In this document: positions 37,215 through 46,455 of the stretch, in pieces
Position numbering within the stretch: the first letter of the stretch is position 1
Layout of the letters: every line of letters starts with the position of its first letter
Origin: Bacteroidota bacterium
GTDB lineage: Bacteria > Bacteroidota > Bacteroidia > Chitinophagales > LD1
DNA: 64,000 bases
Direction: 5' to 3'
NCBI GenBank assembly: GCA_947478005.1
Contig: CANJVG010000001.1
Span: 17,832 to 81,831, forward strand
Made by a program: the position numbers and the translations under genes
Notes under the pieces: generated by a model
Told to the model about the DNA's origin: nothing
Database searches by the model: none
What the model saw: only the letters and a program-made list of their open reading frames with translations

Positions 37215-38525
37215 CTATTTGCTGTTGCCTGCAAATAATTTCTTAGTGGTAGTTACACCATTGTTCTTAACACGAACTATTATTGAAGCTGCATTTAGAG
37301 TAGTTAAAGTCTTTGTATAAACAGATGTCTGCTCGAAGTTCTCGGCTGAAAGTTGCTGACCGGCCACATTGTAGATTTCAATTTCTGCATCCACTTTAGC
37401 CTCGTTGCTCATATCTATATATACTGTATTGTTACAAATCCAGATTCCTACAGAGCTCTTGTCGTTTACTAAGCTTATACTGGTTTCAATAACCTCTTTA
37501 GCGGTTACAGTAATTTGTTGAGAGCTAACGGCTATACATGCATTGTTATCGGCAGTAAGCGTCACAGTGAATGTGCCGGGAGTAGGAAAGTTACGGATAA
37601 AAGCTAAACCTGTGATAGTGTCGTTGCCGCCAAAATCCCAATTATTATTGATTGCATTTGTCGCTGTAGACGTGAAAGTAATGTCACCCCCTTCCTCTAT
37701 AGTAGTATCAGAAAATGTGAAAGAAGATTCTACCGGTTGCACACCACCTACCTGCACTTGTTTTACCACCGTGTAGTTATTGCTGTCTGTGAGGGTAATA
37801 GTATAAACACCTGTGCTGGCGTATAAAGCAATTGGAGTAGAGTCATTTAAGGTGCCGGTTGAAAGTATAGATGTACTATCAGAAGAAATTGTATAGCTCC
37901 AGCTTACAGATCCTGGTTGAGTTACGTTAATGATACCGGTTGTGCTGCATGTAGCATCGGTTGTAGAGGTAGTCATGGCTGGTGTAAAGTGCAGGGTAAA
38001 TCTACTTCTTGCATCATTTGTCATTCCGGTGAAACTATAATTGCCAGTTCTCGTATCATGTAGTATATGCATCTTCTTATCCTCCAGAATAATGAAATTA
38101 GTAGGGTCGAAAGTGTTCAATTCATCAAAACTCATGGTGAACTGACCGCCAAGACCGGGTGCAAAACCCATTTCAATGGAAGGAGTAGAGTTGATAGCTA
38201 TAAGAGTATTGCGGGACAACACTAAACTGTTGTTGTAAGAATATATACTCAGACGGTCAGGGTCGCCTCCTAATTTATTAGCATCATAAATAGGGTCAAA
38301 AGTATCCGTAGCCAAAACATTAAAGGCCACAATGGCACGATCTCTTAAGCCATTGGCATCATCTACATATATTGTCAACTGATGGTCGTTCACCAAACTT
38401 TGGAATGAACTATTTGTTTGAGCGTGAGCCTTCATAGCTATCAGTGCCTGAGCCAATGCCAGAATAACAAATACTACTCCTGCGGAAATTGTTCCTTTCT
38501 TAGATCTTGTGTTATTGTTTTCCAT
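37215..38525 (-). CDS. Secreted PKD-domain protein with a probable T9SS type A CTD
   Basis: Signal peptide (ALAQALIAMKAHAQ) and a PKD-like block (NNNWDFGGNDTITG...FPTPGTFTVTLTADNN). The C-terminal ~80 aa (EIEIYNVAGQQL...IIVRVKNNGVTTTKKLF) resemble a T9SS CTD. Confidence 0.75.
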   Translation of the reverse strand: MENNNTRSKKGTISAGVVFVILALAQALIAMKAHAQTNSSFQSLVNDHQLTIYVDDANGLRDRAIVAFNVLATDTFDPIYDANKLGGDPDRLSIYSYNNSLVLSRNTLIAINSTPSIEMGFAPGLGGQFTMSFDELNTFDPTNFIILEDKKMHILHDTRTGNYSFTGMTNDARSRFTLHFTPAMTTSTTDATCSTTGIINVTQPGSVSWSYTISSDSTSILSTGTLNDSTPIALYASTGVYTITLTDSNNYTVVKQVQVGGVQPVESSFTFSDTTIEEGGDITFTSTATNAINNNWDFGGNDTITGLAFIRNFPTPGTFTVTLTADNNACIAVSSQQITVTAKEVIETSISLVNDKSSVGIWICNNTVYIDMSNEAKVDAEIEIYNVAGQQLSAENFEQTSVYTKTLTTLNAASIIVRVKNNGVTTTKKLFAGNSK

Positions 38526-38821
38526 GTTTTAAGGTTTTAAGCGTTAACTAAATTTTGTGCTCTTACCTTCAATATAAATCGCGATTCAAACTATGTCAAC
38601 CCCTTTTGTATAATACAACATGCAGCTTTTGTAAATTTGAAACAAAAGATTTAGCACCTCGTAGCACTACACTTTGCAGCCTGATACAAACAATTTTTTT
38701 CCTCTATATGTTACTGACTCTACTTTTCCCTTTTAAATATCAGCCTATCCCTATCACAAAGCTACCCCGGTTTGCTACATTGAAATAAATCAATAGATAG
38801 CGGACCGAAATTTTAAAACCT

Positions 38822-39895
38822 TTGAAAAGGAGAATCTATTACTTAATATTGTTTGCCGGTATTACTTCTGTAAGTACCGCTCATGTCCGCGGCAATAATA
38901 CAAAAGAAAGAAAGGTGAAAGCTCTTTATCTTTCAACTGCTACGGTCAGCAATATGGATAGCCTCCAGCACTTCATCTATCTCGCCAGGCATTCGCTCAT
39001 CAATTCCTATGTAATAGATATAAGAGGAACAGACGGGTTGCTTACTTATGAATCGAAGATTCCGGAAGTTCGCAATGCCAAAGCATGGACTGCTGATTTA
39101 GATATAAAGAAGGTTGTAACCCTTTTTCACCAAAATCATATTTATGTGATTGGAAGAATTGCCTGCTTTAACGATCCTTATCTGCCAACTAAAAAAAATG
39201 ACTGGGCTATAAAAGACAGTCATGGGAACTTATATACCTCGGCAAATGGTGAACCCTGGCTAAACCCCGCTAATAAAGAGGTGTGGAAATATTTGGTGGA
39301 CATAGCAAAAGAAGCATTGGCAAAAGGCTTAGACGAAATTCAATTTGATTATGTGCGATATCCTTTTGCCGGAGATACTTTGGATTTTGGTGAAAAAGTA
39401 AAGGTGCGCCATGAAGCTATAGATGCTTTCCTGGCCTATGCAAGAAAGGAAATGCCAAAGGCTGTTCTGTCAGCCGATGTATTCGGTATTATCTGCGAGA
39501 GTGTAAACGACCCCGAAACTATTGGTCAGAATATTGAATTTGTAGGCCGCAACCTCAACTATATTTCACCAATGACCTATCCTTCGCTCTATGCAAAAGG
39601 GCAACAGGTAAATAATATAACATTTCCTATTCCCGACTTAGACCCTTATGGGGTGGTTTACAATTCACTGCTGCGGGCGAAGGACAGAATAGCAAAGGTG
39701 AAGGGATACTCCGCTAAACTAAGGCCTTACCTTCAGTCATACACGGCTTCATGGTTGCCCAAAGGGGACTATCAAATTTACGAAGCCGAACAACTGAAGC
39801 AGCAAATAAAAGCCGCTCACGATGCCGGTTGCGACCAATGGATTTTTTGGAACGAAGAGAACCGTTATCCCGAATCGGCATTTGAAATAAAGTAG
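38822..39895 (+). CDS. Putative glycoside-hydrolase-like TIM-barrel protein (DUF4015-like)
   Basis: VIDIRGTDGLLTYES and GLDEIQFDYVRYPF resemble the DUF4015 putative glycosyl hydrolase family. The TTG start gives a plausible signal peptide. Confidence 0.7.
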   Translation: MKRRIYYLILFAGITSVSTAHVRGNNTKERKVKALYLSTATVSNMDSLQHFIYLARHSLINSYVIDIRGTDGLLTYESKIPEVRNAKAWTADLDIKKVVTLFHQNHIYVIGRIACFNDPYLPTKKNDWAIKDSHGNLYTSANGEPWLNPANKEVWKYLVDIAKEALAKGLDEIQFDYVRYPFAGDTLDFGEKVKVRHEAIDAFLAYARKEMPKAVLSADVFGIICESVNDPETIGQNIEFVGRNLNYISPMTYPSLYAKGQQVNNITFPIPDLDPYGVVYNSLLRAKDRIAKVKGYSAKLRPYLQSYTASWLPKGDYQIYEAEQLKQQIKAAHDAGCDQWIFWNEENRYPESAFEIK

Positions 39896-40154
39896 ATTAT
39901 TTAGATGCCGTTTCAATAGTTGTAGTCTCATCAAAGCGGAGTTTCATTCCAAAATTTTAATGGGACTTCAATCAGAATTTTAGCACTAACAGCAATTTCC
40001 GAAAACTATTAAACAAAATTTAGCTTTTTTAGCTAGGCCAGTCGCTCCCAAAAGACCTAATGCTTTTATCTATAAAAAATTTCATTATATCCCTTAATCT
40101 CTTTATCATTATTAATTTTGGTACACGGTTTGAAATGGTAGATAAAAGCAGTTT

Positions 40155-40730
40155 ATGAAACGCTCGATAAAAATATTGCTGGTCTGTTTGTTTCCCCTCA
40201 GCCTTTTGGCCGGTGGAAGCAATGATTCTACAGCAGCCCAGAAACCCACCCTTTTAGATTCTATTCCTACCTACACCCTGCACGATGTAGATATCGTTTA
40301 TTTTAAAACTCAGGAAGAATGGATGATGTATTACAAATACAAAAGCCGTATTGAGAAAGTGATGCCTTATGTAAGAATTGCGCGGGAGCTCTATGCTGAG
40401 TTGAAGCAGGAAAAGGAGAATGACAAACGCAGAGAGTTTCGCCACTACCGAAAGGATGTAGAAAAAGAAATGCGCCAGCGATTCGAAAAAGAATTGAAAG
40501 ACCTGAGCATCGGTCAGGGCGAAATGTTGTTTAAGCTCATTAACCGCGAAACAGGCAATAACGCTTTTTCTATTATTAAAGATATAAAAGGTGGAGTTAC
40601 AGCCTGGTTCTATCAGCAGGTGGGTAAACACTTTGGCTACGACCTCAAAGACCATTACAACCCCGAGCAGGAAAAGATGATAGAATTAATCATCCGACAA
40701 ATGGGTCCTGCTTACAACGTCAACTCATAA
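40155..40730 (+). CDS. Secreted hypothetical protein (DUF4294-like)
   Basis: Signal peptide. The block pattern VMPYVRIA...LKDLSIGQGEMLFKLINRETGNNAFSIIKDIKGG...YNPEQE resembles, from memory, DUF4294 proteins of Bacteroidetes. Confidence 0.6.
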   Translation: MKRSIKILLVCLFPLSLLAGGSNDSTAAQKPTLLDSIPTYTLHDVDIVYFKTQEEWMMYYKYKSRIEKVMPYVRIARELYAELKQEKENDKRREFRHYRKDVEKEMRQRFEKELKDLSIGQGEMLFKLINRETGNNAFSIIKDIKGGVTAWFYQQVGKHFGYDLKDHYNPEQEKMIELIIRQMGPAYNVNS

Positions 40731-41702
40731 ACCCATCTCTTTTTTGATGAGGGCTTTGATTTGTTTTTCGTCTATCAGGTTCATGCAATTGAAATGACCT
40801 TTGGGACAGACTTCATAACCGAGTTTAGAGCAGGGACGACATTCCAAATTCGCAACCTCAACATTAGTATGCTTGGTTGCATAAGGATACATACCAAAAG
40901 AAGGAATTGTATTTCCCCAGATAGAAATGATTGGCTTTTTGAAAGCAGATGCAATGTGCATCAGTCCGGTATCGTTGGTAATAATGAGTTTGGCTTGTAG
41001 CACCAACGAAGCTGATTGATTTAAAGAAAACTTTCCGCAGGCGTTAAAGATATTTCCGGTTACAGATTGAACAATCTGATTGCCAATGGCTTCATCTTCT
41101 TCGCCACCTAATAAAACAATAGGGTAATTGAGTTGATTAATAACGCGAATGATTTTTTCAGCAGGGAACTTTTTGGTGTTTTGCTTGGCTCCAATAACCC
41201 AACCAATATATCCTTGCGGAAAAGCAGGAGGCAAGGTTTTTAAATTTATTTCATCGCTCTTCGGAATGAAATAGTCGAGGCCTTCGCCATCGTTTTCTAC
41301 ATATAAGGAAACTGCAGTTTCGAGATAACGGTCAACGATATGCTTAGCAGGAAGGCGATTGATTTTGAAATTCACCATCAACCATTTCTCTACATTAAGC
41401 TTGTTGAAGGAGAAAGATTTTACGCCAAGCAAAAGTTTAAGAAAGAAGGTTCTTTGATTATGGTGTAAATCAATTACGTAGTCAAAATCTTCCTTTTTTA
41501 GTTGACTGACTAAATCCAACAAAGAGTTTTCAAGCAAATGAACTTTAGCGATGTAAGGATTGTTCTGAACTAAAGAATGGAAAGACTTCTTAGTGGCGTA
41601 ATGAATCTCTGCATCGGGAAACTTCTTCTTCAAGCACCGCACCACAGGAGTGGTCAGAACGATATCGCCAATGGAAGAAAAACGTAGAATCAGAATTTTC
41701 AT
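40725..41702 (-). CDS. Glycosyltransferase family 9 (LPS heptosyltransferase-like)
   Basis: MKILILRFSSIGDIVLTTPVVRCLK start and NDTGLMHIASA near the C-terminus are typical of GT9. I chose the internal ATG at 41702. Confidence 0.85.
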   Translation of the reverse strand: MKILILRFSSIGDIVLTTPVVRCLKKKFPDAEIHYATKKSFHSLVQNNPYIAKVHLLENSLLDLVSQLKKEDFDYVIDLHHNQRTFFLKLLLGVKSFSFNKLNVEKWLMVNFKINRLPAKHIVDRYLETAVSLYVENDGEGLDYFIPKSDEINLKTLPPAFPQGYIGWVIGAKQNTKKFPAEKIIRVINQLNYPIVLLGGEEDEAIGNQIVQSVTGNIFNACGKFSLNQSASLVLQAKLIITNDTGLMHIASAFKKPIISIWGNTIPSFGMYPYATKHTNVEVANLECRPCSKLGYEVCPKGHFNCMNLIDEKQIKALIKKEMGL

Positions 41703-41808
41703 TGAAACGAAAATAAAAAAGCAAGGGGGAATGAAGTTGCATTTTAATGAAGGAGGGAAATGAGTTTTAAAACTTCGGAAATCTTTTAGACATTCACGAT
41801 TCCGCAAT

Positions 41809-42900
41809 ATGGAAGTATATATCAAAGGCAGAGGCTCGCAATTAAATCCTACTAACCGGTTTCATAAAACCAGTAATGAAGTGTATGTAGAAGATCTTGC
41901 CACGCAGGAAGAGCGCGAGGAATTGTTGACTACCAACCCGAAGACTAAGTATATCGAAGTATTTCCGAAGACCATTTTGAATAAGGTGGACAGTCCTGAT
42001 ATTGGTTTGTCGTGGAGTATGAATCCATATCAGGGTTGTGAGCACGGATGTATTTACTGCTATGCGCGCAACACACATGAGTATTGGGATTTCAGCAGCG
42101 GTGCTGCTTTTGAGCAGAACATTATGCTGAAGAAAAATGCTCCTGATTTGCTTCGCAAAACGTTGGAGAAGAAGAAGTGGGAAGCGGCTTCTATAATGAT
42201 GGCGGGCAATACGGATATCTATCAACCTGCTGAAAGAAAGTTCGGTATTACTCGCGAGTTGTTGAAAGTGTTTCTTGAATTTAAGCATCCTGTTTCAATG
42301 ATTACCAAGAACAGTTTGATTGAGCGTGATTTGGATTTGCTCAAAAAGTTGGCGAGTGAAAAGCTGGTGTATGTGACGATGAGTTTAACTACATTAGATG
42401 AAAAGCTGAAGCGAGTGATGGAGCCGCGAACTTCAACTTCCAGGAATGTTTTGAAAACAATCGAGCGATTGACTAAAGAAAATATTCCGGTGAATGTGAA
42501 TGTAGCGCCTATTATTCCCGGGATTAATGATGAGGAGATATTTGATATAGTGAGAGCCATTGCAGAAGCGGGTGCTTTAAGTGCGGGGTATATTGTAGTC
42601 AGGCTGAATGGGAACAATGCACTATTGTTTGAAGATTGGATAAACAAGAATTTCCTCGACCGCGCAAACAAAGTGTTGAATCAAATAAAGAGTATGCACG
42701 GTGGTCAGCTCAATGATTCGAACTACGGAAGAAGAATGAAAGGTGAAGGAAAGTTCGCGGAGTTGATTCGCAACCAATTCATCCTTGCGCGCAAGAAGTT
42801 TATGAACGGAAGAGTAATGCCGGGTCTTGATTATTCACTTTATGAAGCGCAGAGAAACCTTCTTCTGGAAAAGGCAGAGCCACAACTGAAGTTGTTTTGA
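41809..42900 (+). CDS. Radical SAM protein (SplB-like/COG1533-type)
   Basis: CxxxCxxC cluster in YQGCEHGCIYCYARN. Length 363 aa. Confidence 0.85.
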   Translation: MEVYIKGRGSQLNPTNRFHKTSNEVYVEDLATQEEREELLTTNPKTKYIEVFPKTILNKVDSPDIGLSWSMNPYQGCEHGCIYCYARNTHEYWDFSSGAAFEQNIMLKKNAPDLLRKTLEKKKWEAASIMMAGNTDIYQPAERKFGITRELLKVFLEFKHPVSMITKNSLIERDLDLLKKLASEKLVYVTMSLTTLDEKLKRVMEPRTSTSRNVLKTIERLTKENIPVNVNVAPIIPGINDEEIFDIVRAIAEAGALSAGYIVVRLNGNNALLFEDWINKNFLDRANKVLNQIKSMHGGQLNDSNYGRRMKGEGKFAELIRNQFILARKKFMNGRVMPGLDYSLYEAQRNLLLEKAEPQLKLF

Positions 42901-42905
42901 GAATG

Positions 42906-42942
42906 AAGGATGACCGAAGCTTATGCAACTTCGGACATCCTT
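42906..42942. terminator. Possible bidirectional hairpin between convergent genes
   Basis: AAGGATGACCGAAG / CTTCGGACATCCTT with one internal mismatch. The U-tract is weak. Confidence 0.4.
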
Positions 42943-42950
42943 ATAGAACA

Positions 42951-45623
42951 TTAATGAGGGAACTTGAAAATGTCTTTGGCTTTATTGGCGGCATCTTTTG
43001 CTACCTTGTCGGCTGCGTCTTTTGCTAATTTATTGGCTGCGTCTGTGGCGGCTTTTTGTGCCGCATCCTTGGCCTGTTGTTCTAACTGAGCTTTTTGTTT
43101 TTGCAGTTCTTCTTCTCCACGTTTCTTCAAATCATCTATTTGTTTTTTGGCTTCTTCTTCGGCTTTCTTTTTTAGATCATCCACCACACCCTTCGCCATG
43201 TCCTTACCAGATGAACCACCGGTTGTAACCTTTGAGAGACTAACGATTGGCTTAGCAGTAGTGCCGGTTACTTTGAAGAGGAACCCAATTACATCGGGCA
43301 TCGCAGAACCTAAGCCCGGAATTTTGGAAAGTAAACCTTGTGCATACGCAGTTGCAGGCCCGAGTTCTTTACTTGGCACATCCATGCGCATATCGTAGTT
43401 GATGCTTTGGTCGAAGCCGTTGGAGCCGGCTACGTTTACGTTATAGCCGTTTCCGAATTTTAAATCAGTCGGGTCAACAAATACTTTTCCGTCTTTGAAT
43501 TTGAGATTGGCTGTGGCGTTTTTCAATTCGAGATTTTGCAGGGCGGGGATTTTAGAAAGGGCAGTTACCTTTTCTAAGATGGGGAGACCTACGACTCTGG
43601 CCGAAGGAATTTCTACTTTACCTTCTCCTGTAAGCGAGTTGTAGTCAACGCTCATGTCGGGGTTGAGTTTGCCACTGCCTTTTAAGTTGCTGGAGAAACT
43701 TCCTTGGATGTATTTGATTACCGGAGCCATCTTCTCGCTCATGCCAACCGAAGTATAGGTTTTCTGCACATCGAAGTTCTTGATATCGTAAGTGAATGAT
43801 ACGTCAGGATGCTTGAGGTTCTTGGTTACATACTTAGCGCTGATGTTGGCGCTGCCGCCTAATAGATTGGCGAAGAGGTCGTTCAGATTGATGGCTTCGT
43901 CTTTAATCGTTACCTGTCCTTTTACATTTTCGAGAACCATTTTTTCATACAGGATTTTTCCGAAAGAAGAGTTGGCGGTGAAATCGATGTGAGCCGGAAC
44001 TTTGAAGTACTCAGTTTTTGCAGTGTCAACAGCCTTGGCGGTGGCAGGTGCGTTTTCATCTTTCTTCAACCATTCGTTGGCATCGAACTGGGTGGAGCGG
44101 AGATTGATGGTGCCTGATAAATCGCCCGTGCCGAAGGCGTAAGCCATGAAGTTATCAAGCGTTCCGTTGGCGTTGAAGTCGCTTTTGCCGATGGCGGATG
44201 AGAAATTATTGAGTGTGACGTTCTGTGGATTGAAGGTCATTTGCATATCCATCACGCGCACAGGCATTGGGGTTTGTTTGCTGTCGTAAACGAGGTTGGT
44301 TACTTTCATATTTCCTCCGGCACGAATGGCTGCGTAGTTCTTTTTGTCAATGTCGCTTTTCTTTCCCGCGAAATCGAGATTGATGTTGAGGAGACCCGTC
44401 ATGGTTTTGAGGCCTTCCATAGGGTAGAACTTCGGAACGCTGGATAAATCGACTTTGCCGCTGATGTTGGCCACCACATTAGGGTCACTAACGGGTGTCT
44501 TTACATTTATTTTAGCATCCACCGGATCGGTGCCGGCTTCCAGGTGGAGCTTGGAAATGTCCACCACCGTTAAATCTAAATCACCCTGGGGCTTGGTGAT
44601 GTTGGTGGCGATGAAAATGTTCTTTACCGCAACCGGTAAGGATGGATATTGGAACATACCATTATTTACCTTGAGGTCGAGATGGAAGGCGGGATAGTTT
44701 TTGTCTTTGTAAGTTCCCTTGACATCGCCAGCGAGGGCGAGGCTTCCGCTGGTTTTAATCTGGTCGAAATCTTTTTTGTAAACGGCAGGAATGAGCGATA
44801 GTATGTTTTTGAACTCCGCTTCTTTGGACTTGAACTTTACATCGAGATTCATTTCGTCTTTCTTGTTCTGCACAAAGCCATCGAACTGTAAGCCGAGAGC
44901 GTTGAGGGCGATGGAGTTTTCTTTGAAGGTGTATTTGCTGTTCGCATTATCAACCGATACATTTATTTCGGCATCGAGCTTAGCCCGGCTGAGGTAGGAA
45001 ACGGCTCCGCTGCGGTAGGTGAGTTCCGCAATGTTTGTTTTGGTAACAAAGTCATAAAGGTCGCTGGTTACATCGCCACGGCCCGCGAAATCAAGGTCGT
45101 GAATCTGCGCGAAGGAGTTTCCTTTTTTGTCATCATACTTTATTTCTCCGTTCTCAATCTTGTAGCTTTTTATTTGAAGCGAGAAGTTGGAAGTAGAGCT
45201 GGTGGTGGTTGATTTTTCACTGCTCGGTTTTACAATATCCCAATTGGCTTTTCCGGCTTCGTTTACTTTGGCGTTGATGTTTGGTTCAATCATGTTGAGG
45301 GCGATGAGTTTGTATTGTTCGCCTTTGATAACGCTCATTAAATCAACTGTGAAGTTTATGTTCTTCAGGTAAACGAGGGTATCGCCTTTGAAGTCATCTA
45401 CACCAACCACGCTGAGGTCGTTTAGCGAGAAGCTGAAATTGGGGAAGCTGCGCATTAGGGAGAGGCTGAAATCGCCATAGTCAACCTTGGCAGTGAGGTA
45501 GTTGTTTATTTCTTCTTTGACGCGGGCGTTTATTTTGTCTTTGAACAAAAAGGGAAGGGCTACGACAGCGGCTACTAGCAGGATGACGAAGATGGCGAAG
45601 CCTATCAGAATTTTTTTACCCAT
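42951..45623 (-). CDS. AsmA-family envelope protein with a C-terminal Lys/Ala/Glu-rich tail
   Basis: N-terminal TM anchor (ILIGFAIFVILLVAAVVALPFL), a long beta-rich body, and the final ~85 aa KKKAEEEAKKQIDDLKKRGEEELQKQKAQLEQQAKDAAQKAATDAANKLAKDAADKVAKDAANKAKD. I chose the ATG at 45623. Confidence 0.78.
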   Translation of the reverse strand: MGKKILIGFAIFVILLVAAVVALPFLFKDKINARVKEEINNYLTAKVDYGDFSLSLMRSFPNFSFSLNDLSVVGVDDFKGDTLVYLKNINFTVDLMSVIKGEQYKLIALNMIEPNINAKVNEAGKANWDIVKPSSEKSTTTSSTSNFSLQIKSYKIENGEIKYDDKKGNSFAQIHDLDFAGRGDVTSDLYDFVTKTNIAELTYRSGAVSYLSRAKLDAEINVSVDNANSKYTFKENSIALNALGLQFDGFVQNKKDEMNLDVKFKSKEAEFKNILSLIPAVYKKDFDQIKTSGSLALAGDVKGTYKDKNYPAFHLDLKVNNGMFQYPSLPVAVKNIFIATNITKPQGDLDLTVVDISKLHLEAGTDPVDAKINVKTPVSDPNVVANISGKVDLSSVPKFYPMEGLKTMTGLLNINLDFAGKKSDIDKKNYAAIRAGGNMKVTNLVYDSKQTPMPVRVMDMQMTFNPQNVTLNNFSSAIGKSDFNANGTLDNFMAYAFGTGDLSGTINLRSTQFDANEWLKKDENAPATAKAVDTAKTEYFKVPAHIDFTANSSFGKILYEKMVLENVKGQVTIKDEAINLNDLFANLLGGSANISAKYVTKNLKHPDVSFTYDIKNFDVQKTYTSVGMSEKMAPVIKYIQGSFSSNLKGSGKLNPDMSVDYNSLTGEGKVEIPSARVVGLPILEKVTALSKIPALQNLELKNATANLKFKDGKVFVDPTDLKFGNGYNVNVAGSNGFDQSINYDMRMDVPSKELGPATAYAQGLLSKIPGLGSAMPDVIGFLFKVTGTTAKPIVSLSKVTTGGSSGKDMAKGVVDDLKKKAEEEAKKQIDDLKKRGEEELQKQKAQLEQQAKDAAQKAATDAANKLAKDAADKVAKDAANKAKDIFKFPH

Positions 45624-45802
45624 GGCGATTGTATTTTTAGCGAATGTAGTGAATGACAATAATACAATGGTTTGTTTAGAAATGAATTTTCTGTTTGTGG
45701 TTTATTGTTTTTTTGTTTTTCGGTTCGTCCGGAATGAGGTTCTCTCGGAGGCGCGGAGTACTCGGAGGTTTTTTGAGTGGAAACGATGGGTGACGACTGT
45801 CA

Positions 45803-45985
45803 TAGCGTCAGTGAGAGGGGTAATAACGGCAGAATCACGTGCGATACGGAGCGTGAGAGGAGCGATTCGGGACGCGACATGCGCAATACGGAGGGCGAGA
45901 GGAGTGATTCGGAGCGTGATACGTGCAATACGGAGAGTGAGAGGAGTGATTCCGAGCGTGACACATGCGGTTCGGAGGGTTAGAG
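45803..45985. repeat. Tandem repeat with 42-bp period (about 4.3 copies), resolvable into alternating 21-bp half-units
   Basis: GTGAGAGG/GCGAGAGG anchors at 45811, 45853, 45895 and 45937 (exact 42-bp spacing). The half-units are ATACGGAGnGTGAGAGGAGyG and ATTCGGAGCGTGAyAcrTGCr. Confidence 0.85.
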
Positions 45986-46357
45986 ATGAGCCTTCAAGGG
46001 GTATTTATTGGATGAATTTGATGGAAATGGAAGGTTTTTTGATAGAAAGTGGGGTTTTGAAAGAAAGCCGCTCAAAAGGAGGAATGGAAAGACATTTTGA
46101 AAGCAAAAAGCAGAATACAGGTTAACGCAAAGTGATGGCGCAAAGAGCGCGAGAGAGGGGCCCTAGATCATTCCCATGTAAATTCCCGCTGAAATAGGCA
46201 GGGTGAAACAGAGGGAATGCACTCCACCAGCGTCTCGCTGAAAGCAACGAGGCACCTCCGCCAGCAGATGATATAAGATAGCAAAAAGGAGTGGGAAGGA
46301 GTAGCCCGACCAAAGCTTTGCGAGGAAACCTCCTGCTGGACTATTTTTATTGTCCCT

Positions 46358-46386
46358 TTTGAATTTACAATATTCGGTTAGTTTTG
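46358..46386 (+). promoter_or_regulatory. Candidate promoter of rpsA (TTTG-N17-TAGTTTTG)
   Basis: TAGTTTTG at 46379-46386 matches TAnnTTTG, and TTTG lies at 46358-46361. The spacing is slightly short of the consensus. It sits about 70 nt upstream of the rpsA ATG. Confidence 0.35.
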
Positions 46387-46455
46387 CGCCCCCGTATTTA
46401 ATAACTAAAACTCGCGCACTCGAGGCGAGAATAAACAAGTATCGAGTTTTTAATC

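Noticed and set aside
45502-46125. 207-aa ORF (and the nested 45777-45983 ORF) in the AsmA-rpsA intergenic region
   Set aside because: The 5' part is antisense to the AsmA-like gene. The rest translates the 42-bp repeat into Arg/Ser/Val low-complexity sequence. It has an alternative start codon and no recognisable domain.
46120-46440. RNase P RNA, tmRNA, SRP RNA or 6S RNA upstream of rpsA
   Set aside because: Fragments such as GGGTGAAAC and AGATGA occur. However, the diagnostic GAGGAAAGTCCGGGC (RNase P P4), the tRNA-like tmRNA ends and the SRP GGAA tetraloop helix are absent or in the wrong order. The segment is kept only as a low-interest unknown.
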